Positions 35,960 to 45,328 of a DNA stretch of 64,000 nucleotides are shown in pieces. The notes under the pieces were generated by a model that was given only the letters and a program-made list of their open reading frames with translations, searched no databases and was not told where the DNA came from. The stretch comes from Phycisphaerales bacterium (lineage in GTDB: Bacteria > Planctomycetota > Phycisphaerae > Phycisphaerales > SM1A02), in assembly GCA_044230125.1 (NCBI GenBank), contig JBGARR010000012.1, forward strand, positions 234-64,233, written 5' to 3'. The first letter of the stretch is position 1. Every line of letters begins with the position of its first letter. Made by a program: the position numbers and the translations under genes.

Positions 35960-36412
35960 CGTTGAAACTCCGAGAAAGGGGAAAGAAAAGAAAACCGAAA
36001 CCGCCCACGAAAGCGGCGGGAAAGGACGCTTCACCTCGGAGCGGCGCACCGCGCATCGCGGGGGGCCTGGCACTGCGCTGTGGGGCGGAGGGTTGCGATC
36101 CCAGAGATCGGGACGCGACGAACCGGGCACCACAGTGGCATTGCCACCGAGCCCAGTTCACTTCCTCCGCGGGGAGAATGCCCCGGATCCGAGGCGGGTC
36201 AAGCGCTGGGAAGCAAAAATTCTGAAAACGGCGTCTCCCGTGCAGATTTCGGGTTTCTGCCATCTCGAGGGCCCCCCGCGGGACCTCTCTCCCGTGTCCG
36301 CACAGGTGCCAAACACCCCCTTCTGCTGCCTATCGGGGGTCGCGGGAGGCCTCTTGCAGCCTCCCAAGGGCCTCGGCCCCGGGCATTGCCCCTGCAAGTC
36401 CGCCGGCAAAAT

Positions 36413-38968
36413 TCACTCGGCCAGCTCACCCAGTTCTTGCGCTTCCTTCGCAGCGGCCCGCTCGTACCCCTCCAGTCCCGGCAGGCGAAGCTGCTGGCCC
36501 TCGGTCAGGATGCGGCGCAACTGGCTGATGGCACGCTGGCTTCCTTCGTCCCGATCGAAGCGGATCTTCTCGCAGGCATTCACCGCCTCCATCTGCTGCT
36601 GCCAATACTGCTGCTGCTCCTCCGGCTTCGCGGGCACCTTGGCAGGGTCCGCCTTGGGGACCATCTTGCGGCAGAGCCCGACGTGCTCGGCACGGTAACG
36701 CTCATCAAGCGCCTTCAACTGGAGCTGCTGCTCCGACGTCAGGTCGCCCAGCCGGCGCGCCTTCTGGATGTACGGCGTGGCGCAACGCGGGTCCTTGAAG
36801 ACGGAAGGAAAGGCGCGCTCGTCGTAGGCAAGCGTCAGCGCATCCCGCTGCCCATCCCCCACCGATTGCAGCACCGACTTCCAGGCCGCCAGCACCGCCT
36901 CGCTGCGCCGCGCCGCCGACTCCGACTGGCGCTGCTGGACCGCCGCCATCGATGCCGTCAGCTGCTGCATCTTCGCCATGTCGGGAGCGGCTTCGTTGTT
37001 CTGGTACAGCTGCGAGGTGCGCTGCCCAAGGTCGAGCAGTTCGCGCTCGAAGTCAAGTTCCTGCAACGCCGACTCAAGGCAGAGCTTGAGCAGCGGTTCG
37101 ACCTGCGCGTCAATCGCCAGCCTGGCCTTTGAGAGCTCCTCTGGCGGGAGCCCTGACTCGCGAAGCACCTGCATGAAGTTCACCGGCAGTGCGGGCGTCC
37201 TCATCATCATCGCCGAGCCCTGGGCTTCCGTCCCGCCCGCGCCCTCGAGCGCGCGCTCGAGCCTGGCCATCCGCAGCGTCGGGCCCGCTGCCTCGCCCAG
37301 CGCGTGGCCCAGGTCCTGGAAGAACGCCGCATCCAGCTCTGCCGCCTTCGAGGCGTGTGCCTTGCGTGCCTCATAGAGCGATGCGGTCGCCGCGCCATCG
37401 ACCCGCGCGCCAGTGGCGTCCGCGGTGAACTGGCTGCCGCGCGCCTGTTCGATGCGCGCCTCGATGGGGCGCACCTGCTCTTCCCACCGGCCAAGGTAAT
37501 CCGACTGCATCGAATCCAGCACCACCGCGCGTGATTGGTCAAGCGCCAGTTGCGCGGCGATCCACGCCACCAGCTCGACACCGATCGCCTGCCGCTCCGC
37601 ACCGGCCGCGAGCGCGGCGACCCGCAGGTCCTCGTCGATGGCGGCGCCGGCACCCGACGCCGCGGCCTGCGCTCCAGCATCCGCCTCGGGATCGCCTGTT
37701 TCATCAAAGGCGTCCGGCAGGCCGCCCGCGCCCCTGGCCAACAGCTTCTGCAAGCGTTCGTCGCCCAGCAGTGCAGCGATGGGTTTCATTGCCTCCGTTC
37801 CTACTTCCGTGCGTTTGGCCGTCAGCTCTGCGATCTTCTCGGCAACTTTTTCGGAGTCTTCGTCGGCATCCCCGCTGAGCGCCATCATGCCCACGCCGGC
37901 GCGCGCTTCGTCGGCGAGCTTGATCAACTGTTCCGCCAGCGGATCATCGGCCGCCTGCCAGCGCTCATAGGCGCCCTGGACCTGCTCGCGGCCTGCCGCG
38001 TCCAGCGATTTGACGCGCAGCGCGCGGAGGAAGAGAAGCTCGGCGCCGACCGGATCGGTCGCGACCTCGGGGTACGCAAGCGACAGGTAGCGCGCACGCA
38101 GCTGCCGCCGCGCGGTGCCGGTCAGCTGCGCCGCGATGGCGCGATAGGTCTTGTTGTTCAGCTCCACAATCTCCTTCGCCTTTGCCTGCGCCCGTTCGCC
38201 CGCCTGCTGCATGGCCGCCTGGATCTTCTGCATCGTCTCCTGCGCCTTCTCGGGATCCTCCATCAGGTCCTCCTGCGACAGGTTGCCCAGGCCCGCCTTC
38301 TCCATCGCCTCGAACATCTCGCGGAACATGCGTACGCTCAGAACGCCCAGCTCCTTGGTGGCGGCGGTCATGCGCTGCTCATAGGGCACCAGCAGTGGTT
38401 CCAGCGACTGCACCTGGCTGGCGGAGGGCTTCGAATCGAGCACGATCGCCGAGAGGTCGGGGGCGGGGCCTGCGGCCACCATCCCGCGCATCAGCCCGCT
38501 GGAGTTTCGATCACGGGCGCGCGCATCGTTGGCGCGCTTGACCGCAACAACGCGCTCCTCTCCCATGAGTGCGGCCACGGCGTCGAAGAGGGCCTCGTCC
38601 ACCTCGGCGATCTGGCGGGCGATCCGTTCGTAGCCTCTGGTGAACTCCTCCACCTGCTCCTTGCTGGGCATCGTGCCCCCCTGCATCTGCCGCGTCCGGA
38701 CCAGGAAGCGCTCAATGTCGCCCTCGCGCAATGCGCGGAAGCGCTCGCGGTATGCGTCGTGCAGCGCCTCGACCGAAACCCCCTGCGCCTGGGTGGGATG
38801 CACATACCGCGTCAGCAGCCTGGAGAGCTCGGCGGAGGAGATTGGGTCGGGCAGCTGCCCGTAGGTTCCCTGCGCGCGCGCGACGGTCGCGGGAAGGAGC
38901 GAAGCAATCAGCGCGAGGGCAAAGATTGCAAGGCGGCAGGGGCGGCGGAGGGAATCAGCGGCGATCAT
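36413..38968 (-). CDS. 851-aa secreted all-helical protein with LTxxQ-like motifs (paralog of 10269..12833)
   Basis: Signal peptide ...LAIFALALIASLLPATVARAQG. It is collinear with the 10269..12833 product from the N-terminus (GQLPDPISSAELSRLL...) to the C-terminus (RRILTEGQQLRLPGLEGYERAAAKE). Confidence 0.8.
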   Translation of the reverse strand: MIAADSLRRPCRLAIFALALIASLLPATVARAQGTYGQLPDPISSAELSRLLTRYVHPTQAQGVSVEALHDAYRERFRALREGDIERFLVRTRQMQGGTMPSKEQVEEFTRGYERIARQIAEVDEALFDAVAALMGEERVVAVKRANDARARDRNSSGLMRGMVAAGPAPDLSAIVLDSKPSASQVQSLEPLLVPYEQRMTAATKELGVLSVRMFREMFEAMEKAGLGNLSQEDLMEDPEKAQETMQKIQAAMQQAGERAQAKAKEIVELNNKTYRAIAAQLTGTARRQLRARYLSLAYPEVATDPVGAELLFLRALRVKSLDAAGREQVQGAYERWQAADDPLAEQLIKLADEARAGVGMMALSGDADEDSEKVAEKIAELTAKRTEVGTEAMKPIAALLGDERLQKLLARGAGGLPDAFDETGDPEADAGAQAAASGAGAAIDEDLRVAALAAGAERQAIGVELVAWIAAQLALDQSRAVVLDSMQSDYLGRWEEQVRPIEARIEQARGSQFTADATGARVDGAATASLYEARKAHASKAAELDAAFFQDLGHALGEAAGPTLRMARLERALEGAGGTEAQGSAMMMRTPALPVNFMQVLRESGLPPEELSKARLAIDAQVEPLLKLCLESALQELDFERELLDLGQRTSQLYQNNEAAPDMAKMQQLTASMAAVQQRQSESAARRSEAVLAAWKSVLQSVGDGQRDALTLAYDERAFPSVFKDPRCATPYIQKARRLGDLTSEQQLQLKALDERYRAEHVGLCRKMVPKADPAKVPAKPEEQQQYWQQQMEAVNACEKIRFDRDEGSQRAISQLRRILTEGQQLRLPGLEGYERAAAKEAQELGELAE

Positions 38969-39342
38969 GGGCGTCTCCCCGAGTTTTGGTGCAGCGTGCC
39001 GGGTCCAGTGGCGCAGCGACCGACCAGCGGCGGGTTCTCCAGATCCTAACTGCGGACGAAATTGGGCCGATGGCGCATCCAGCGGTGCAGCTGCACTCGT
39101 ATAGCTGGACCGGTGAAACGCGCACGGCGACGGAGGCTTCCGGAGCTCCGAACGTGCGCGACACCGACGGCGTTATGGGTCAGCCGCCAGTGACCCGCAA
39201 ATCTGTTTGGGGCCAGCCTGCCCACGTCGCAGTCGGTGCGCACGCATCGCTGCTGCGACAAGGGTCACATCTCGGCTGAAACCTGAACATCGGCCCATCC
39301 GGGTCGCAACCGGCCCCGCGGGGCCGCAGAAAGGTGGACGGC

Positions 39343-40461
39343 ATGAACCGTCTGAAGAAGGGCTTCACGATCGTCGAGCTGCTGGTGGTGGTCGCCATCA
39401 TCGCGCTGCTCATCGCGATCCTGCTGCCGGCTATCGGCAAGGCGCGCGAAGCTGCGCTCGTCACGCAGAGCATGGGCAATCTGCGAAACCTCGTCGTCGC
39501 CAACGCCTCGTACGGCGCTGACTACGGTGACCGCCAGTTCACGGCGGTGCCCGACGAAATGGGCCAGTACGGCCAGGGCTGGATCGGCGCCTGTGGCGCA
39601 TATGTCGCCAAGATCTGCATCCCGCAGCAGATCCTGGGCTGGGACAACGCTGGCGGCCTCTGGGGCTACTGGATCGCCGGCAGCGCCTCGCGCTGCGCGG
39701 GCTGGCCCGGCAATTGCGGCAACTTCACCACCTACATCGCCGCCAACTACGGTGCGGCGGACTTCTTCGGCGCGTGGCGCATGCCGAACGTCAAGGCGTT
39801 CAACACCTACGTGAACGGGAAGTACTACGACCCGGTCTTCTGGGCGCCGAAGGACCGCTTCACGTTGGAGAACATCCAGCAGTATTTCTCGCAGCCCGTC
39901 GAGTTCAACTACGTCAACAACAACATCGAGTTCCCCACCTACTGCTGGAGCCCCGCGGCGATGTGGGCCTCGGACGTGCTCTCCCGGACGAACGCGGGCT
40001 GCACCGTGAAGGAACCCGGCATCAACACGCTTCCCGGTGGCTTCAAGAGCCCGGCGTGCGGCGTCTGCACCTACCCCTCGCTCAAGACCCGCATGCTTGA
40101 GCACCAGTGGCTGCAGAACACCGAGGGCGCGTCGACGAACCCTGCCTTCGGCACCCCGACGCCGTGGTACTTCAACCAGGGCTACAACAGCGCGCCGGCC
40201 ACGATGTTCTTCGACGGCCACGTCCAGATGATGTCGGTCAACGCCGTGCAGAGCGGCAACGACCTGATCAAGGGACAGCTGGCGGGCAGCCAGGCCACCA
40301 ACCCCCAGTGCGGCCTCTGGCTCACTGCCGTCAACGGCGGCAACGGCTACTACCAGCAGGCTGCCTACGACATGCTGTGCGCCGGGGTCAACGGCACCAG
40401 CTTCCACGTGCTGACTGCCGACGGCATCCTGGGCCGCGACGCCGTGCAGCTGGGCGACTGA
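39343..40461 (+). CDS. DUF1559 / prepilin-type N-terminal cleavage-methylation domain protein (H-X9-DG type)
   Basis: KKGFTIVELLVVVAIIALLIAILLPA is a type IV pilin-like leader and helix. The C-terminal FFDGHVQMMS is the DUF1559 signature. The ATG at 39343 has better RBS spacing (agaaagg) than the GTG at 39334. Confidence 0.85.
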   Translation: MNRLKKGFTIVELLVVVAIIALLIAILLPAIGKAREAALVTQSMGNLRNLVVANASYGADYGDRQFTAVPDEMGQYGQGWIGACGAYVAKICIPQQILGWDNAGGLWGYWIAGSASRCAGWPGNCGNFTTYIAANYGAADFFGAWRMPNVKAFNTYVNGKYYDPVFWAPKDRFTLENIQQYFSQPVEFNYVNNNIEFPTYCWSPAAMWASDVLSRTNAGCTVKEPGINTLPGGFKSPACGVCTYPSLKTRMLEHQWLQNTEGASTNPAFGTPTPWYFNQGYNSAPATMFFDGHVQMMSVNAVQSGNDLIKGQLAGSQATNPQCGLWLTAVNGGNGYYQQAAYDMLCAGVNGTSFHVLTADGILGRDAVQLGD

Positions 40462-40510
40462 TCGCGGCGCGGCGTGCCGCGCAACGGGATCGCCCATCAA
40501 TGCAATGCTC

Positions 40511-40548
40511 CACAAGGGCCACCTCCCGGGGTGGCCCTTGTGTGTTTG
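40511..40548 (+). terminator. rho-independent terminator after the DUF1559 gene
   Basis: cacaagggccacc (40511-40523) pairs with ggtggcccttgtg (40530-40542) and is followed by tgtttg. It starts 50 nt after the stop at 40461. Confidence 0.7.
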
Positions 40549-40943
40549 ATGAGCGACCAAGTCCGCGATGCGCGAGCATGCACTGCATGCATGCGACCTG
40601 CGGCGCCGCCGGCGGTGTGGCCACGGCACCGGGCCGCGTGCCCCGGTAACCAACGGATTCCTGCCGATCGAGGCGCATTCAACCGCAAAGAAGCGTCCGT
40701 CAGCTTGCACTTGGCCGCAGCGGGGCTAGAGTCGAGCACACGCGCTGTGAGTTCCACCGGCGTGGGTCCGTGGGGAAGAGGGTCAATTCGAGTTTCACGG
40801 GTCCATCCGATGTCGCGCTTCGTCGCGCCATCTGAACGGCCTGTCGATCACAAGCTCCTTCGCTTGTTCGTTTGTCCCGTTCCCTCCCCTTCGCGTCGCC
40901 CATGCGACCAACAGCCGCAGCCCCCTCTGCGGGAAAGAGAATC

Positions 40944-41618
40944 ATGCGTACCCTCGTTCTCCTCTCGGCCGGAACCCTCGCCCTTTCGAGCCTCGCGCAG
41001 GCAGACTTCGTCGATGTGCTCTTCACGGGCGTCGGCGCAGGCGCCAATGTCAACGTCACGTCGCCCGTCTACAACGGTGGCGTCTTCGCCGGGCAGCTGA
41101 ACCTGACGCTGACCAACAGCAGCGCCGGCCCCAACTATGGGAACCTGGACGGCAACCGCATCGGCTTCTGCTGCGAGCTGGCGCAGTTCGTCGGCGGGAA
41201 CGCCACCTACGCGGCCGTGCCCGTTTCGCAGGCCCCGATGAGCGCGCCGATGGGCGCCGTCCGCGCCTCCGCGATCGCTGACCTCTACGCGTACGCCGCG
41301 GGCGCGCAGTACGGCACCGATGCCGACATCGCATCGGCCTTCCAGGTGGCGATCTGGGAGATCTCGATGGACTACTCGGGCGGCGCGATCGGCCTGGGCG
41401 ACCTGGGCGTCGGCGACTTCCAGGTCAGCGGCCTGAGCGGAAGCGCCGCGGCGTACCTGGCTGCGATGCTGGGCGCCGTCGGCACCACCAACGGTGCCGA
41501 CATCATCGGCCTGATCCACGAGACGCAGCAGGACTTCATCATCGAGGTGCCTGCGCCGGGCGCGCTGGCGCTGCTGGGCGTCGCGGGCGTCGTCGGTGCC
41601 CGCCGCCGCCGCGCCTGA
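40944..41618 (+). CDS. PEP-CTERM-tagged secreted protein, function unknown
   Basis: ORF 40872..41618 trimmed to the ATG at 40944. Signal peptide MRTLVLLSAGTLALSSLAQA. The C-terminus reads VPAPGALALLGVAGVVGARRRRA. Confidence 0.8.
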   Translation: MRTLVLLSAGTLALSSLAQADFVDVLFTGVGAGANVNVTSPVYNGGVFAGQLNLTLTNSSAGPNYGNLDGNRIGFCCELAQFVGGNATYAAVPVSQAPMSAPMGAVRASAIADLYAYAAGAQYGTDADIASAFQVAIWEISMDYSGGAIGLGDLGVGDFQVSGLSGSAAAYLAAMLGAVGTTNGADIIGLIHETQQDFIIEVPAPGALALLGVAGVVGARRRRA

Positions 41619-41658
41619 CCGCTCAAAGCAATCCCTGCCCTTCGGGGCGAAAGAGTTC

Positions 41659-41690
41659 ACACGCACCCCGGCTCCGGCCGGGGTGCGTGT
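41659..41690. terminator. hairpin between convergent genes (candidate bidirectional terminator)
   Basis: acacgcaccccgg (41659-41671) pairs with ccggggtgcgtgt (41678-41690), a 13-bp perfect stem. It lies between the stops at 41618 (+) and 41724 (-). Flanking T/A tracts are weak. Confidence 0.5.
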
Positions 41691-41723
41691 CCTTCCGGGG
41701 CGCGCCTCCTTGCGGGGCGCGCA

Positions 41724-43730
41724 CTACTTCGCCGCGGCCTCGATCTTCACCGCGTCCAGCCCGAAGAAGGAGCGCGTCCCGGATGCACTTGGATTCGCCC
41801 CTACCAGCGTGACGCGCAGCAGCAGCACTCCGTCCACCGGGGTGTGCATCCCAAGGTCGATGGCCCCGGTGGGCATCACCTTGTTCACCTGACCGCTGAA
41901 GAGGTCCAGCGGCGAACCTGCATCCGTCCCATTGATGCTGCACTGCACGATGCCATAGTCCCAGCTGCGCGTGGCATAAAGCGTGACGCGGCGCGGATGG
42001 CTGCCCGGTGCCGGGATTGCCAGCTCAACGAAATCGCCGATGCCCTTCCCGCGCACCCAGAGCTGGCGCTCGGCAGAAAACGAGTCCTTGCCCCAGGAGC
42101 GCATCCCCTGAGACTCGCGCGCTGTGCCGGAAGAGATCGCGCGGACCGGCAGCGCCTCGCACTCGACCACGCCGGGCAGCATGAAGGGAGGCGGAGGATC
42201 GATGCGCCCGCGGCGCGCCTCCTGCAGGTCGCAGCCGGCGGTGGCGGTGGCGCCGGGGATGCCGTACCAGAAGACGGTGGGCGCGTAGGCGATGTCGCAC
42301 TCCGCCCAGTGCCACACTTCCATGTCCATGCGGATGCCCTTGGTGAAGGGGATTCCATCCAGCCCACGCAGCCGGGCCACGATGGTGCGCCCCCAATTGG
42401 TGCCGAACTGCTCGCCGTCGCACAGGGTCTGGCTGTGCAGCGGGTGCCGGAAGGGCGCCTGGAAGCACCAGCCGTAGCCGTAGTAGTCCTCGGTGCCGGT
42501 GCCGAAGCTGGAGGGGAAGGCCTCGCCATCCACCCAGATCTTCTCGTCGCCTTCACCCCACCATGCGTCGACGGGGTTCACGACGTGCAGCGAATCGCCC
42601 GCGTAGACCCCACGCCCGGTCGCATCCAGGAAGCGAAAGTCACGCATCGGGCGCGTGTGGAGCGCGGGGTCGCGCTGCCACTGTGCGCGGAAGTGCATCG
42701 AGCGCTCGTCCCAGGACCAGGGAGTGGTGCGAACGGCGCTTGCGGCGCGCACCTCCGTGGATCCAATGTTGGTGAGCGTGACGCGCGCCGCGGCGCGGAA
42801 AGGCATGGGCCAGGCGATCGATGCGTGCAGCGTGCCGTCATCGCCAAAGGAGGCCCACCGGCGCGCATCCGCGCACTGCGCACCGCGCGCCATCGAGAGC
42901 AGGTCCGTGATGGGGCAGCAGACGCACCGCTCGCCATCGAAGGTCGCCTCCAGGAGGAGCGTCGAGAGATCCCCACCGGGGGCCGCCGGGGTGAGCGCCA
43001 GTTCGACGAGGTCGATGCACGCTGCACTCCCCTGCTCCTGCTGGAAGAGCACCCGGGACTCGCCGGGCGCGATCGGCGCGGCAAGTCCCTGGTTCCCGAC
43101 GGGTGCGGCGACGCCGAGCGCCCCCGCATGCGGGGATTCCGCCGGGATGTCCGCGGGTGTGAAGGTGGTCACCTGAACGCCCGGCCCGTAGGCGCGCCAG
43201 TCCGCCTGGTAGTAGACGCCGTCGCCCTCGTCGATAGTGATGACGCAGCGTGCGGCAAAGGGAACCGGCAGGAAGAGATTCCAGCCCCGGCTGCGGGTGC
43301 CTGCCATGGGTCCGCACTTTGCCGCGTCGCCGAAGAGGCTGGTCCCCTCGAGCAGCTCCTTCATCGGTGCAGCCAGCACCGGGGTCGCGGCTCCATCCAG
43401 GTAGATGCGCAGGACGCCCTTGGGGTTGGGGGACCAGAGCCGCACCAGCGCGCCCGGTCCCGGTGCATCCATCATGACGCTCTCGGTGCGGCCTTCGCGC
43501 CGCTCGGTGCGCAGGTACTTGCCCCAGTCGTCGTTTGCGAACCAGCCCTTCGCGTCCCCGGGGCTCGTGCTGGCGCGGTCGTAGCTGCTGGCCTGTAGCA
43601 GCCTGTAGGGCGGATCGGGAAAGCGCGCAATCGCACGGGGATCGGCCAGCTCGGCCAGCAGCGATTGCGTGCTGACGGCGGGCACGGGATCAGCGACCAG
43701 CAGCGCGACGCCAGCGAGCAGTGCAAGCAT
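41724..43730 (-). CDS. DUF2961 (CAZy GH172-type) domain protein with extra C-terminal beta-rich domain
   Basis: After a signal-like N-terminus comes LLAELADPRAIARFPDPPYRLLQASSYDRAS...GWFANDDWGKYLR, the characteristic DUF2961 opening. Later WWGEGDEKIWVDGE...GTGTEDYYGYGW appears. Confidence 0.8.
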   Translation of the reverse strand: MLALLAGVALLVADPVPAVSTQSLLAELADPRAIARFPDPPYRLLQASSYDRASTSPGDAKGWFANDDWGKYLRTERREGRTESVMMDAPGPGALVRLWSPNPKGVLRIYLDGAATPVLAAPMKELLEGTSLFGDAAKCGPMAGTRSRGWNLFLPVPFAARCVITIDEGDGVYYQADWRAYGPGVQVTTFTPADIPAESPHAGALGVAAPVGNQGLAAPIAPGESRVLFQQEQGSAACIDLVELALTPAAPGGDLSTLLLEATFDGERCVCCPITDLLSMARGAQCADARRWASFGDDGTLHASIAWPMPFRAAARVTLTNIGSTEVRAASAVRTTPWSWDERSMHFRAQWQRDPALHTRPMRDFRFLDATGRGVYAGDSLHVVNPVDAWWGEGDEKIWVDGEAFPSSFGTGTEDYYGYGWCFQAPFRHPLHSQTLCDGEQFGTNWGRTIVARLRGLDGIPFTKGIRMDMEVWHWAECDIAYAPTVFWYGIPGATATAGCDLQEARRGRIDPPPPFMLPGVVECEALPVRAISSGTARESQGMRSWGKDSFSAERQLWVRGKGIGDFVELAIPAPGSHPRRVTLYATRSWDYGIVQCSINGTDAGSPLDLFSGQVNKVMPTGAIDLGMHTPVDGVLLLRVTLVGANPSASGTRSFFGLDAVKIEAAAK

Positions 43731-43758
43731 GCGGACCTCCGCGCCACAGCCTACGCAA

Positions 43759-43790
43759 ACGCGGCGGCCCGATTGAAGGGGCCGCCGCGT
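43759..43790 (-). terminator. rho-independent terminator after the TlpA-like gene
   Basis: acgcggcggccc (43759-43770) pairs with gggccgccgcgt (43779-43790). On the minus strand it is followed by TTTGCG. It lies 35 nt after the stop at 43825. Confidence 0.55.
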
Positions 43791-43824
43791 GGAGCGTGCA
43801 TGAGACCGCGCGCGCGGCGCAGGG

Positions 43825-45072
43825 TCACTTTCCGGCGGTGCCCTTCAGCGCGGCCTCGACGGCCTTGTCCAGCGCCTCGCCGCGCAGGTTGGCGCCCAGC
43901 ACCTTGCCCGTCGTGCCGTCCACCAGGAAGGTGGCAGGGATGCTGTTGATGACGAACTTCTGTGCCACCTCGGCCTTCCACCCCTTGCCGTCGGCCACCT
44001 GGCGCCAGTTCATGTTGGCCTTCTTCATGACCTCAGGCATCTTCGAGATGGAGTTGCCGTTGTCCAGCGAGATGCCCAGGATCTCGAAGCCCTTCTCGTG
44101 GTACTTGGCGTAGGCGGCGACGACGTTTGGCATCTCGGCCATGCAGGGCCCGCACCAGGTGGCCCAGAAGTCAAGGAGAACCACCTTGCCCTTGTAGTCG
44201 CCGGGGAAGTTGACCTTCTTGTCGTCGGTGTCGGTGGCCTCGAAGGCGGTGATGGCCTTGCCGGTGCTGTGGTCCGGGGGCGTTGCCACCTCGGCCACGG
44301 TCTTGGCGCTCTTCACCACGCGGAAGGAGCTGCCGTCGCGCGCCATGTCGGCGATCTCCCAGGTCGTTCCGCCGATGCTGAAGGGCTGCAGGACGTCGAA
44401 GGACTCGCCACGCGAGTCGAACTTGCCGTTGCCGTTCACGTCCAGGAGCAGCGCCACGCCGGACCTGGCATCGGCCGCATCGGATCGCTTGCCGCGGAAG
44501 TCGCCGGTGGTGAACTGGTCGTTCAGCAGCGCCTTCATCTTCTTGCCGCCGATGGTGACCTCGCCCTCGTAGGCGTAGTCGTTGTAGTAGAGGAGCACGG
44601 ACTTCAGCGCCTCGCGCGAGGGATCGTTCTTGTCGAAGCGGTACATCGAGACCTGCACCATGAGCGGCTTCCCCGCATCGCCGATGTCGACCATCGCGGA
44701 GCCGTTGCACATTCCGCCCCCCTTGGCGTTCTCCTTGCCCCCCTTCAGCTTCCACTCCGGCGAGGGATCGTCCGTCAGGTCGCCGTTGTGGTTGCCGTCG
44801 ACGAACAGCTTCGGCGCCTTCCCCTCGGGCTCGTCCAGGATGAAGAAGACGCCCCCGGCGATCGGCATGGTGCCGTACTGCGCGGCTTCCAGTCCGTCGG
44901 GCTGCTTGGTGATGCCCGCGGGCTTCTCCGTCGTCATCACCGCGCGCTGCGGCATGTAGCCGCCCAGCTTGCCCGTGGCGCCCTGCGGAAGAGCGGTCAG
45001 GTGGACAGCTTCGCCGCCCGATGCGGTGGCGGCGGCCTGGAGGAGGAGGGCGATGGAAGCGGCGATCGGCAT
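43825..45072 (-). CDS. secreted TlpA/ResA-like thiol-disulfide oxidoreductase with long N-terminal domain
   Basis: ORF 43825..45279 trimmed to the ATG at 45072. The C-terminal VVLLDFWATWCGPCMAEMP...GFEILGISLD is a canonical thioredoxin-like WCxxC context. Confidence 0.85.
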   Translation of the reverse strand: MPIAASIALLLQAAATASGGEAVHLTALPQGATGKLGGYMPQRAVMTTEKPAGITKQPDGLEAAQYGTMPIAGGVFFILDEPEGKAPKLFVDGNHNGDLTDDPSPEWKLKGGKENAKGGGMCNGSAMVDIGDAGKPLMVQVSMYRFDKNDPSREALKSVLLYYNDYAYEGEVTIGGKKMKALLNDQFTTGDFRGKRSDAADARSGVALLLDVNGNGKFDSRGESFDVLQPFSIGGTTWEIADMARDGSSFRVVKSAKTVAEVATPPDHSTGKAITAFEATDTDDKKVNFPGDYKGKVVLLDFWATWCGPCMAEMPNVVAAYAKYHEKGFEILGISLDNGNSISKMPEVMKKANMNWRQVADGKGWKAEVAQKFVINSIPATFLVDGTTGKVLGANLRGEALDKAVEAALKGTAGK

Positions 45073-45232
45073 GGTTGGCTCCGGTTCGGATGGGGCTGGT
45101 GCGTGGGTGGTGCGGGCCACATCGGCAGCAGTCTGCAGCCTGCATGCACCGCGCGGCCGCACGCATCCTAATGCGCCTGCGCGCCGGATGCACCCGCACG
45201 CCCAATGCGCATGCGCGCGGGAGTGACGCAAA

Positions 45233-45263
45233 GGCGGCGGCCCGAACAGAGGGGGCCGCCGCC
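45233..45263 (-). terminator. rho-independent terminator after gene 45329..46474
   Basis: ggcggcggccc (45233-45243) pairs with gggccgccgcc (45253-45263). On the minus strand it is followed by TTTGCG. The sequence is closely similar to the hairpin at 43759-43790. Confidence 0.55.
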
Positions 45264-45328
45264 AGTGGGTTGGGTGCACCGTCTCCGGGCGCGCCTGCGC
45301 GGCCGCGGAGGGATTCGAAGGAGCGCGA

